The position numbers and the translations under genes are program-made. This document shows positions 23,241-34,920 of a stretch of DNA of 64,000 nucleotides, one piece after another. Source of the DNA: Ascidiella aspersa (Eukaryota); contig OZ004611.1 of NCBI GenBank assembly GCA_963924565.1, forward strand, positions 30,132,001 through 30,196,000. The letters run 5' to 3'. The notes below the pieces were generated by a model. It ran no database searches and was not told the origin of the DNA. It was given only the letters and a program-made list of their open reading frames with translations. The stretch's first letter is position 1, and each line of letters begins with the position of its first letter.

Positions 23241-26200
23241 TTGTCAAAAACACATTTAAGCATTTCGAGTTTCACATAGAAAACCAAATAAAACCAAATG
23301 AATGTGTAAGACGGATGAAATGGTTTTCAATACCTTAAACTGCGACAGGAGGGTTAGGGGGTTAAGCAAATTTCGTTTTAGGCTGTGGAAACTACGATTT
23401 TCGTGTGTGCTACAACTGTATAGAAATTCAATTAGCAAAAATGAGAAACAATTTGCAAAACTGTGTGAAAGTTGTCTAGGCGATTTTTTGCGACTGTATT
23501 TTGTGTTAAACTGCGTTATATTGGATTTAATCTATATGAAGCCAAGGTGCGTTAAATAGAGAATCGAATCCGGTTCTAAAGTTTAGATTCCCAAATTAAT
23601 GGGCTATAGAAAGCCAACGTGCATTAAATAAGGAATCTAAAGTTTAGATTCCTAAATTAATTGCGATAAGTACTTTCTCACGTTATAATTAGTCTAAGGC
23701 GCATTGCCTTTAGCAAGAATTAACCCCCAAACTAACAAATTCTGACCCAGCAGATCAAAACAAAAAAGTCCAAATGTGGAAAATTTTAGGAACTTATATA
23801 TAGAATCGATCCCGTATGCAACACTTCACAGAAAAAGATTTTCTTACAAACTAAAAAAAGAAGAATACCACCCAGTTTGACAAAAAGCATGCAGAAGCAA
23901 GTTATGATGGATTGCTAAACGCTAGACGCCGTCAGAAAAAAACTGGTAACTGGAGACAAGGGTAGCCCATAAATTAGCCAGTCAATCATGATTATTGTCG
24001 AGGGCCAGGACCCTAACACACCCAGAATGGGGCTGGGTTGGTTTTTAGGGCACCGTGAGGTGTTTTGATTAATAACGCTTGTCTAGTGGCGGTAAAATGG
24101 GTAGAACATGTAAACCAATTGAACACTCACTAACAAGGCGGTTTAAAGATCAACAAGAACCATCACTTAAAAACAGGCTTTTTATCTTTTATACACCTTT
24201 TTTATTTAGGTCAATAAACAACCCTTTTCTGGATAACGCATGGTGATATTTCATTTTAATTTTTTTTGACTACGTATATGTTTGTAAGGCGGATTGAAAC
24301 ACGAGTTTTCATTACTTTTCCTAAATATTTTGGATACTGTAAAAAAAAGTAAAAATGTAATCTTAGCTAAATATAGTTAACAGTGTTTGTTTTATCAAAA
24401 CGCAATAGAGTTACAAACCACACTTTTTATTATGAGTTATTTGAATCTAATACTGTATTTTGGCGGCACTGTCGAAAAGTCATCGATGTGTTGTTGTGCA
24501 AACTCAAATATCATACTTATAAACCGCCTTGTTTAAACAGCCGAAAAACCCAGACGTGGCTGCTTTGTGGTCGCAAAATTTTACTGAGAAAAGGGAAACG
24601 TTTTGCCGCAAGAAACGCTTGATCTCTATACTCGCTTACTAAGGATATTGCACCCTACATAAGGATTAGCAGAAACCTCGGCGATAAAGTAGAGTTAACA
24701 GGAACCATAGTTTAAAGTTACTTGAAACGATGCGCAACTTATTAACCTCTTCAACGCCGGCAACTAGCAAGGTGATAAATTCTTTTTATTGACCTCTAAA
24801 AGTCACAATTGACCCCTAAGGTTTGTTAATGATGCAGTATATACACATTATTTGTAACTGCATTATGAGTATGGCAAAACTCTTTTGGTTCCGCTTCCGC
24901 AGGTAGCGAAACACGAATTTAAACCCATGTAAATGAATGTCGTTTTACGAGCGTAGAAAGCTGTTTAACGACCAAGAGCAAAAGGGTAAAGCGTTTTAAC
25001 AAATAAGCGCTAAAGTTAAGCCTGAGTTGCCAAAATCAAAGCCGCAAAGATTAAAGTTTGCAAACAACACGTGGATCGTAAAATGTGGAATTGTGGTCGT
25101 AAAATAAGTGATTAAAAACATGAAAGTGATCATAAGTCACGCTAAATTTAAGCTTAGTAAAGCTCAAAATAATATTTGCTGCAATGTTTTACTCTTAGTG
25201 AAAAATTGGCCTGGAAAAGGCGTTTAAAAGCAATTCTGGTCGATGTAATTGCTTTTTACTTTATCTCTGGTATAAAAATTGTAAATCTTGTGGTCTATAT
25301 TTTAACAAGCATTATTCTAGACTTGCTATCGACAATTTGACGTTAATCAAATTCCACCCTAAATAGAAGCCAACAACAGTTTCCACTGTTTTCAAGATGC
25401 ACTGATAAATCACACGGTTTACAGTTTTACCAGACCGCGACCAACAATACGGGACACGAAGTGAACCCTAACTATAACGTAAAAAAATCAATCAGTTTTG
25501 GCTGAACTACATATTTTGGCGCGTTTCTACCCAAAACAACATTCATAGAACCTATTGAGGATCAAAATGGATGATTTATTGCTCGGGGGGTCTAAGGGCG
25601 GTAATTCCAAACGAGGTTTATCCTAGCGCAGTTTGTCCTGTTTACGAGGTACACAGTAAGTTTTACTACCTTTCAAGTGGCGCAACGCCAAGGCCATTAC
25701 AATACTCCTATACATTCTCTTGTTACTGCCAATATAAGTAAAATATAGTTTGGTAGAAAATACCAACCTTCCATTTAGTTTTCTTAGCATGAATAACGAC
25801 CCAATCTTTGACAAATAATATTCTTTTAGGGTAAAATGAGAAAAGGTTTAGTTTATGATGAGTTACACTAAGTACCAAGAGTTCGTTTGTAAACCGTAAA
25901 GTACATGCGCTTCAGTTTGTGAACCTAACAACATTATAACAACGAGTAGTAATTTCACCATAATTTACCCAGGTTAGTCAAGTAGCTTGACAAAACAGTG
26001 ATACCCCATATTTAACTGCAAATCGTGATCGTATTTTAAGGCACATACAGCCATTTGGGATCAAGTGAATCTTAACCAAGTTTTTCAAGTAGCTTAGCAG
26101 ACACTGGCGTTGGAAATTAGGTGTGAAAAAAAATCATACTGAACGCATGAACATTTTCATGGATAACGTCATTTTTCATGGATGACGTCATAACAGAACG

Positions 26201-28235
26201 CCCAAAAGGAAGCCTTTGGAAAAACCAAGGTCAAAATCTTAGTTTAAATACATTTAGCAAACAGCGCGCTGACCTGGTAAAAAACGAACATTAAAAAAAT
26301 TAACGCACACATCTTTAACCGAAACCTGAGGTTATGATTCAAACCAAGCAAATATTCAACTGAAATCGTAGTTTAAATACATTTTGTGGCACGGCGTACC
26401 TGTAAAACGTCTTTAACTGTAGCGCCGTCCTGAACCGTTCCGATTCAGTTTCACCGATATCGTAAGGTTATTCATATGGACACGTAATATTTTAACTGCA
26501 ACAATTACAAAACTGTAAGAGGACATTGACATTTAATTTCGTGACGAATGGCAGATATAAAAACAATAAAAAACATAACTGAATACGACTTATAGTTTAC
26601 GCCCTTTGAAAATGTCAGACATGATTTTTATCTACACTAAACTTGCCGAGACATTTACAGGGCAAAAGTTTATGACAGCTTTGTCATTCCAATGTTTACC
26701 CCGCCGTCTGTGGTTATTAAAAGTAGCAGCAGACTAATTAAAATATGCAGTATTTTGGTTGAAGGTTGTAGTTAGGCGTTGTAAGAGTATCAATGCCCAT
26801 ACATAAGTAGGTATTATTTTGAACGTTTTGAATAGATCTTTGTTCATTTTCAATTAAAATATTTATCCACATACGAGGTTTTCATTTCCTATAAACGCTA
26901 TTTGCGTCTGGTGTTTTAGGGTTGCGGATTAATGCCCATAACAGTAAAAAACTGGCGACATTTTTTATTATTAAGGCACTAACCTATAACATTACGTATT
27001 TCTATTATATACATCCGAATTTGGCGTCTTGTAAATATCACGGGGGTTTAATAGCCGAATTAAAAGGACGAATTGCAAACATTTAGGCGTTTTTGTTCCC
27101 TGTAAAGTCAGAATTAGACAGTTTTTTAAAACCGAATGACACATACTGGCGCCATTTTAAAGGAGAATATACCAACCTTATCAAACGAATGCAGATATAA
27201 TTATTCAACAATACGGGCATTTTAGTTGCACCTGCCAGCGGCATCAAACAGCAAAGGCAATCATGACCTTATAAACGCTCGAAATAAGTGGCTCATTTTG
27301 TTCGTTATGTCTCCTTAAGTGAATTAACCTGCTCTGTTAAAACGGTGCTAGCAAAACTTAAATTTTACTACTTACGATTAATCCTAAATTTGATGTTCTA
27401 AACAACATAGAAGTTTGAAGGTACGAAAAGCTATGTTCAAGACGCTCAAAATATTACAAATATATATACTTCGAAATAAAAAAACCTTGTATCGAAGGAT
27501 ATTTCTTCCGTTTTTCGGAAATATTCTAGTCGAGCAAAGCGCTTGCATAAACACACATATCGGATGATGAATAACGTAAAACGTTACTGCAATCCAACAA
27601 CACAAAACCCTGAAGCAATTCAGGCCGAGCTTAAACCAAACAAGTAGCCTGTAAGTAGTAACCTACATAAGTCAAGACTTTTTATAAGTTACCGTACAAC
27701 TATGTTGTTTCTATGACAGGAATAAAATATACGGATATAAGCCAAGTTTAAAAGTACTGCATTAAGTACACTCTCTTTAAAACTTATATAGAATCTATCA
27801 ATCAACACACAGGTCTGGTCGCAAATATGTAATATGCGGTGGTTTTGTTAGGAGGTACTGAGGTGGGTAATTTCCCAACAAGGACCTTCATGCAGCCTGT
27901 CTATCAACTCAAATCAGTAAAAAGACAAGTTTTGAACTCATTTAATTCACAAACAAGGCTAACTTGACCATTTATAAACAATTCTTAATCCTTACTTAAT
28001 CAGTTGACATAAACAGATTGAAATCACATTTAGTTTACTAAGATTAATCCACAATGCACTCCGTTCAACAAATCAGACTATAAACCAAGTCAGAATAAAA
28101 AATGCAGGCTAAAAAAAAACAAAAAACAAACAGTCCGTCCGAACAGCGGATCAAACTGGGGGGTCAACAGCGGATCAAACTGGGGGGTCAAACCGTGCAT
28201 TTTTCGGGTAAGGGGTACAAGGAGGTAGCACTTAC

Positions 28236-28785
28236 TTGAGGGGGTCGGCGCCAACGTGGTCATTGGGGTGTTGGAGTCGTTGATCATGACACACGGGTTT
28301 GCATCTGTGAACTTGCTGCAGTTTAGCATCTCGGGCCAGCTAAAGTAGTATTCTTCCATTACTGGCAGACAGGACTTCTTCACAGCAAGACAAAGGGATC
28401 TGCATGGAGGGATCGGGCCTCCAACCATCGATTCTTCCTCCGATAGACACACGGGAGTGAATAGGGAGCAAAGGAAGATCTGTAGATGAGGATGGCATCT
28501 GCTCTTCTTAAGAGGAACAAAGCTCACAGCCTGTTGGTGAACTTCGTCCAGTGATTCGTGCAGGAGAAGATTAGGGAGAATCATTCGGCTGTATCCAACA
28601 TTGTAGCACAGTTTGTTAGTACTGGGAATGACAACACACTGCGATGGCTGGCGGATATATGACTGTCCGTTGTCCACAGCCATGCCTAGCGCTCGAGCGC
28701 CCAGTAGTCCAACAAAGAATAGCACTAGCAGCGCTGGTTCGCTAAGGTATCGCCGCCGCTTCATCGGCGGGAAATAAGGCGTCAT
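28236..28785 (-). CDS. sFRP1/5: Secreted frizzled-related protein (sFRP1/2/5 subfamily), coding exon 1: signal peptide + Frizzled cysteine-rich domain
   Basis: A hydrophobic N-terminal signal (ALLVLFFVGLLGARALG) is followed by an Fz-CRD with 10 Cys and typical motifs (CYNVGYSRMILPNLLLHESLDEV, FLCSLFTPVC, PCRSLCLAVKKSC, WPEMLNCSKF). The exon ends at the phase-1 donor TCAA|GTAAGT (intron starts 28235). The start could instead be the second ATG (MKRRR). Confidence 0.95.
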
Positions 28786-28927
28786 TTTGCCGTCGAACGA
28801 TGTGGAAAAGTCCTGATGTGCGCCGCGGTCTAATTCCGACTTTAGGATGAAATTTTTGGTGGTATTTCGAGTCCAGAAACTTGTTGTTCACTAAGTACAA
28901 GCCTTTTAAGTTTACACAGAAGCTAAG

Positions 28928-28945
28928 CTGAAAAAAGTAGAAATC
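28928..28945 (-). other. Strong 3' splice acceptor in sFRP 5' region (cis 5'UTR intron or spliced-leader trans-splice site)
   Basis: Minus-strand ATTTCTACTTTTTTCAG| lies 142 nt upstream of the ATG. Confidence 0.55.
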
Positions 28946-30087
28946 GTCGAGGTTAAAAAGTGATTCAAACATCCATAAAACATGTAAACACTTATTTTTG
29001 TTTACACCTAACCGCGGCCGGTAAGTAGTATTTTCGTTATATACATTTTAAAGGTAACTTTTCTACATGCTTTTGTATTTAATTCTTTGCTTTCTCCACA
29101 CATTTAGCATTGCGGTGTTAATGCTTGCGTATTCTTCTGTTGAAACGTTGAAACGTTGAAACTGCGTTTTACACTTTTGAATGAACCCTTACATTTTTCA
29201 CCAAACTGTTGGCATTATGACGTGCAAAATGCGTATTGTTCTGTGGAATGTTTAAACAATTACACATGCTTTTGTGTGCCGTCTTTTAGGGTCATTCTTC
29301 ATTTACGGTACCTATAGCCATAATGACGTCACCAAGCTCATTGTTTTGTTGGAATATGTTAACAATGACACCTACTTTTAGTCAATTTTTTTTTATATTT
29401 ATATATAACGCATATTTATATCATTTTGACGTTAAAAACGTAGTAGCGGTCTGTTTGAAAGTTAACAACATTATCTGAACATATCGTTCTTATGTGGTCT
29501 TTGGTATTTATTGTTAATTTTATCACAAACTGTCGAATATGCCACGATACAATTTTCTTTTCTCTGTAACAACTCGACTGGAGCTTTCAGTTAGGAAAAA
29601 ACAATTGCGCAGTTTGTGAATAACTATGGAATATAACTAAGGCATATTTCACAACTAAGGCATATATCACAACCTTGGCATAATCATAACTATATGGCAT
29701 ATGTCGGAACGATCAACGTATTCATTCTAATATAGTTTTATTACAAATTCTAAATACAATTTGTATTCTCAGATCACGGCATATGATTAACTCTCCAGGC
29801 TGCATCATAAATATGAATATTTTCCTGCGACAGAATAGCCGAAAAAATGTAATACAAATTCGACATAAAAACATAAAGTTAACTATCAGTACCGATAAAC
29901 CTTATCCAATAAGATGCAATGAGGCGTTTTTTTCTGAACGCAAACTAAACTTCGTTCAAAGCGATTCGTGATGAATCAAGCTTAACACTTCAACACTCGC
30001 CAACGGAATTTTCGCTCTTTTAAACCAGCTTAATGTATTAGGGTCACGTAATTTACGTATATTAAAATTTAGAACGCGGCGCGACCA

Positions 30088-30135
30088 ACTGAGTAATGAG
30101 GCCAACATCAGACGCGCGGTCGTATTTATATCAGA
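30088..30135 (-). promoter_or_regulatory. Candidate sFRP core promoter (TATA box + Inr)
   Basis: Minus-strand TATAAATA at 30130-30123 is followed ~33 nt later by Inr-like CTCATT (A at 30097) and CTCAGTT (A at 30090). It sits at the edge of a CpG-rich island (30070-30430), oriented toward sFRP. Confidence 0.5.
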
Positions 30136-31576
30136 AATCGCCGGGCGCCGTTGGCTTCTAATTGCCTTTTTCCCGAAAAACTTGGACGAGATTTCTCTCT
30201 CGCGTGCGCGTTTGAAATTCCGTCGCCAGAAGTCGATTCGCCAGAGTCTGACAGAGGTGTCATTTCCTCCCTAATCGTCTGCCCACTTTACTTTTTTCTT
30301 CGCGCCAGCCGACAAATCTCGGGACAAGGCATCGGAGTGCAAACACAGCCCCGTAGCCGCTGAATGGTGGGCCTAATTTGTTCGAGCCAGGGCAATTACC
30401 CCTGACTGTGCTGTCTTGTTTGCACAGCGCAAGAATCGTTCTTTTTTCTTGAGCAAGTTGCCACGGTTCGATTTTAGATTTACAACCAAACTTTGAAGAT
30501 TGTTGCTTGTTAAGAAGTGACTAATGCGTCTGCGATTTAAAAAGACAACATACCTGCATTTCTAAGACTTTAAATTGCTTGATTTGACTACTAAAAACGA
30601 ATTTCAAACTTATTAAGAAGTGGCTAATGACTGTGCTTTCAATAACAAGAAATTTGCATTTCTAGGGCTTAAAACTGCTTGACGAACTAACACCAAAATC
30701 GGCAACAAATCTATTTCGGCATTTCAGTTTTGCCTAACGTTAATTGTTTACTCAACCAAAAAAAAATTCTAAATGGCAATTTTTAAACTGCAACATATTT
30801 CTGACAAGAAAATTTTTTTTCTACGCTTTTTGAAAAATTTAAAACGAAACAGTTTACTGAATCCCAAAAGCCCAAAAAAACACAGAAACTATAGTTATTT
30901 TTGCAATTAAGCAAGCTTAGCAACAATCATCAAAAGTGAATGAGTGAGATTAAAAACGCGATTCAAACAAAAGGGAATCTTGCCAAAAAGCTGATTAAAA
31001 GAATGAAACAAAACATAAACCCAATGCTGTTGGCGAAATCAACGATTTTCTAATTAACAAAGAAAACGGCTAAAATTTGTCGAGAGAACAACTTAACTAC
31101 AAACTTTAGCACGTTTTCATGGTTTTTACCCGTTTTGCTTTTGAGAGCGATCTCATCATTCGCAAAATACCGCAAATTGCTTTCAAGTAAACTACTGGCT
31201 CCTGTATATACGTACAGTTTAGCCTACACGGGATTCCGACACGCTGCACTCAGCAGTAAAACTCGCGAAACACCACATTCGAGTTCCCCAGCGTGCCCGA
31301 ATGACGTCATTGAGTAATTAGCGGTTCGCTGCTGGTCCTTGGAGAAAATACGCGACGAAACGTACTTGGCCTTCAAAGCAGGACTTTCACCCCCTTTTTA
31401 ATTGTTTTCTTATCCGAGGCGCCGCCAAGTGATGGGTTTAAGCAGATGAGAGAAAAATTAGGAAAAAAACGAGAAAAATACGAAGAGAAAAAAGGCGATA
31501 AAAACCAAAAAAAGAGAACGACAGAAAACACAAGAAAAGTAAGTAAAAATGAGAGCGACAATGGAAAAGAGAATCA

Positions 31577-31598
31577 GAGAGAGAGAGAGAGAGAGAGA
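31577..31598. repeat. (GA)n microsatellite in purine-rich tract
   Basis: A GAGAGA run within the A/G-rich 31446-31615 segment. Confidence 0.9.
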
Positions 31599-33074
31599 AA
31601 GAGTGAAAAAATAGGAGCAAGTGTTTTTATTTTGTTTTGATTTAAAAATGCTCGAATACACAAGCTTAGTTTTCGACGCCCCCCATTGAGTCCAACCAAG
31701 TGCCTTTGACTGAATAACATCACGATCTGAATGAGCATAATCGGACAACTTTTGAGATTTAATGGGACGCCGCTTTGTCTTCGGCCCCGCCTAGTCTAAT
31801 CCCGTTTACCAGCCGTAATTACGTTAAGTTAGATGTTTGTAAACGGAAAACGGTCCGGAATAGGGTTAAGAGGGAGAACCGATAAGCAACTTGACCTTAC
31901 AATGTCGCGGTCGTTTAAAATCACGCAAATTAGCGGCGTCCCACCTTTTTGCGGGGTGTTTTTCTGAGTGCGCGAACGCATGTTTATATGTCTGGATCGC
32001 AAAGCAGCAAACGTGGGGCTATGAGGTCACAATAGTGCGGATCGCTAGAATGAAACAATGTGTAAAAATGTCACTAAATACAGGTATTTATATGTTTAAG
32101 AAATTAAAAACAGATAAAATTGTCGGTTTAAAGAATTTAAAAGAAGTACATATTTAGAATAGTTTTTATGCGACGATGTTTTATAACGTGATTCTGTGAC
32201 AAAACCTTCTGTGAAGAGGTAAAACAAAGTTTGGCAAGTTTAGTTTTATAACATATTGTAAAATACAATTAATAAGTGTTAGACATCAAGCAATTAATAA
32301 GTGTTAGACATCAAACAATTTATATATAAAAAATATTATTCCAAATTATTTTACCATACACGGGTTGGATCAACGTTTAATTAAAGGTTTTACTTTGTTA
32401 CTGAAAAGAGTAATAGATAACTACAAGTGATTCTAAAAAACTTGAAGAACAGTTGCTTAGTAATGGTCTCGCCGTAATTGTCAGGCCAAATTAATGGCAA
32501 AAGCCATCTTTTCAGCATACCATAGTATTGCGTCACCTATAAATTAAGCGTCCATTGGTAAATTCATGGCGCCTCACCGTAAATTCGCAGGTCGCATCAG
32601 CCGATTAACGACCAGCTATGGCTCACAGGGCATACGGCAATTGGCCGTAATTAGCAGAAATAATGAAACATTTCCGAAACATTTCCCAGGATTCGCACAG
32701 GTTCGGGCCACTGCACCAGAACGTCTGTCTTGAATTTAAAACAGCGCGTAAAATTTAGACAGTTTTAAGGTACTTATGAACAGGAGTAGAGCAAGAAGGC
32801 ACTGATATGTTTATTGAAGTTCTGTTTTATGTAACAGCCAAGTTCAATTTTGTGCAGCTTATAGTGTTTTAGGAAGTGCAGAAAATATTTAAAATAACAA
32901 GAATATAAGCTGAAACACTTTAGGTAGTAGAAATATATATTTCGCCTATAAGCCATCATCAGCTTCTGTAGAAAAGCAAACATGTAAAAATGCCAATATA
33001 TAAAATGATTTTATGTTTTACCTGTTAAACAGTTTAAAATTAACAAGCATATAATAACCAAAAAAAGTCACGGT

Positions 33075-33094
33075 GATATATATATATATATATA
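33075..33094. repeat. (AT)n microsatellite
   Basis: An ATATAT run. Confidence 0.9.
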
Positions 33095-34404
33095 CGAGAT
33101 CAACTGGTGAAAAGGTACTGTTGCGAAACAAGTGGCAAATTCCTGGATTATAAAACATAAATTACAGAAATAGCCTTCATGGAAACGCTCCATGAAACCA
33201 TATATGTTTATTAGGACCCTTAACTACAGGAAAACCCATTTAACTTTGGAAATACCTTTTCAACTGACTGAAAAGTACTTTTGCACAACAAGTGGTAAAA
33301 TCCTTAAGGAATTGTAAAACATAGATAATAAAAATTTCTTGAAAGTTTAATGAAACCCTATATGTTATTAGGAGCAGTTAAGTACAGGAAAACCCCTTTG
33401 ACTTTGGAAGACCCTATATATCGCCCCAACGGGCCACGATCATGGCTGCTGCTGTTTAACGATCGAACTTGTAATAGACCGGTAATTGAACCTCGTGTCG
33501 CGCGTGCTCATCGTTTGTGACGTCATAACGACACGTGTTTGAAGGACGCCGCGAAGGAGACAGTGACGTCACGTTACAAAATCGTCAACACAAAGGGTTT
33601 CAATTAACCACTTTTACTAACAAGTTATGACTTACGCCAGATTGTTGATAACAAGACCTAATATGTTTGTCAAAATTACATCCTGTAAACAGTGTGATTA
33701 ATTTTAATTACCCACTTCCCCGAGGTCTACCAATTTAGAATGTTTATGCGAGTCAAAATTGTAAGCAAATTTGGTAAGTGATTGATTTAATCATTTCGAA
33801 GATGAAATTTTTTCAATAACGAACCTACATAGTTCAAGATATTTTTCGCCAAATCAAACCTTCTGAAAAGGCAATCTAGAATATAAATCTTATTACAAAA
33901 AGAGGCAAATTCAGGCAAAGAAAGGCAAAAACAGCAAAATTTGCAGAAATCAAACTAGACAAATTGTTAGAGCTCAAAATGAACTATATCTTAAAAGTAA
34001 TTTTAAAACAGCATTTAAATAAATCAAACCGATTTGGAAGTGTAAATAACAATCTTACCGCTAATTCACCACGCAACAAATACCCTGCTACAAACTATTC
34101 ATTAACTGTTCAGCCCTAAATCCAATTGCCCTTTTTACCGAAACACACAGCCTTTGGACTGAACGGTTACGGTACACAGATCAAAAAAGCCACGAGACAA
34201 TCCTGAAGTATTTCTAGCGTTCAAAATATATACAGCGGTAGCTAACCTTTTCTCCAAACCCCGTTGTTTAGATTTCGCAAGATTTCCACGATAATCTCAC
34301 AATCCGTTTAAATCGACCTTGAAAGCGCGATTGGATTCGCCTATTTAAAGGCTCAAGCTAGATATGCATGGTTCCGTTCAAGCGTGGGCCAGCCAAAACA
34401 AGGG

Positions 34405-34920
34405 TAGACAGCCAGGGCTGGATTAACCATTAGGCAAAATAAGCACGTGAATAGTGCACCTAGAAAAGGGGGCACCCACACATTTTTCCTTATTTTCTAT
34501 TCTGAAGTAAAATCTTATTAAATCTTTCTGAAAAGTAAAATCTTATTTCCTAATCCTCTATATATTATGTAGAAATGCAATGAAAAAGGATTCGTCGAGA
34601 ACCTTCAAACACAAAAATTGTTGAACATACTTTTATGAGGCTAGGGTAAGTCACTTTTATTTAAATCCAGCTCGATTGTAAAGAATAAAAAGGTAGAAAG
34701 TATCTTGCAAAGAATAGTATAGACAGCCGGGGCTGGATTAACCATTAAGCAAACTAAGCACGTGATTAGGGCACCAAGGAAAGAGGGCAAACAGGATTTT
34801 TAAGTTTTTGCTTATTTTTTTTTACCAAATTATAGTCTTAAACCTCTCTAATATGTAGAAATGAAATAAGCAGAGTTTCGCGATAACCTTCAAACTCAAA
34901 AATGGTTGGGCTTGAACACT
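34405..34920. repeat. Tandem duplication (~315 bp) beginning with a hAT-like end
   Basis: TAGACAGCC(A/G)GGGCTGGATTAACCATTA...AAGCACGTGA at 34405 and 34720. Confidence 0.8.

Noticed and set aside
24005-24055. Possible pre-miRNA hairpin (CCCTAA...CCCAG/CTGGG...TTAGGG)
   Set aside because: The stem is short and interrupted, and no known mature miRNA was recognised.
28090-28235. C-terminal tail of the 231-aa ORF (KCYLLVPL...LTPQFDPLLTPQFDPL)
   Set aside because: Read-through into intron 1 past the GTAAGT donor. The peptide repeat comes from a 24-bp intronic tandem duplication.
31373-31748. Hydrophobic and K/E/R-rich ORFs on both strands
   Set aside because: Artefacts of a purine-rich tract and the (GA)n microsatellite.
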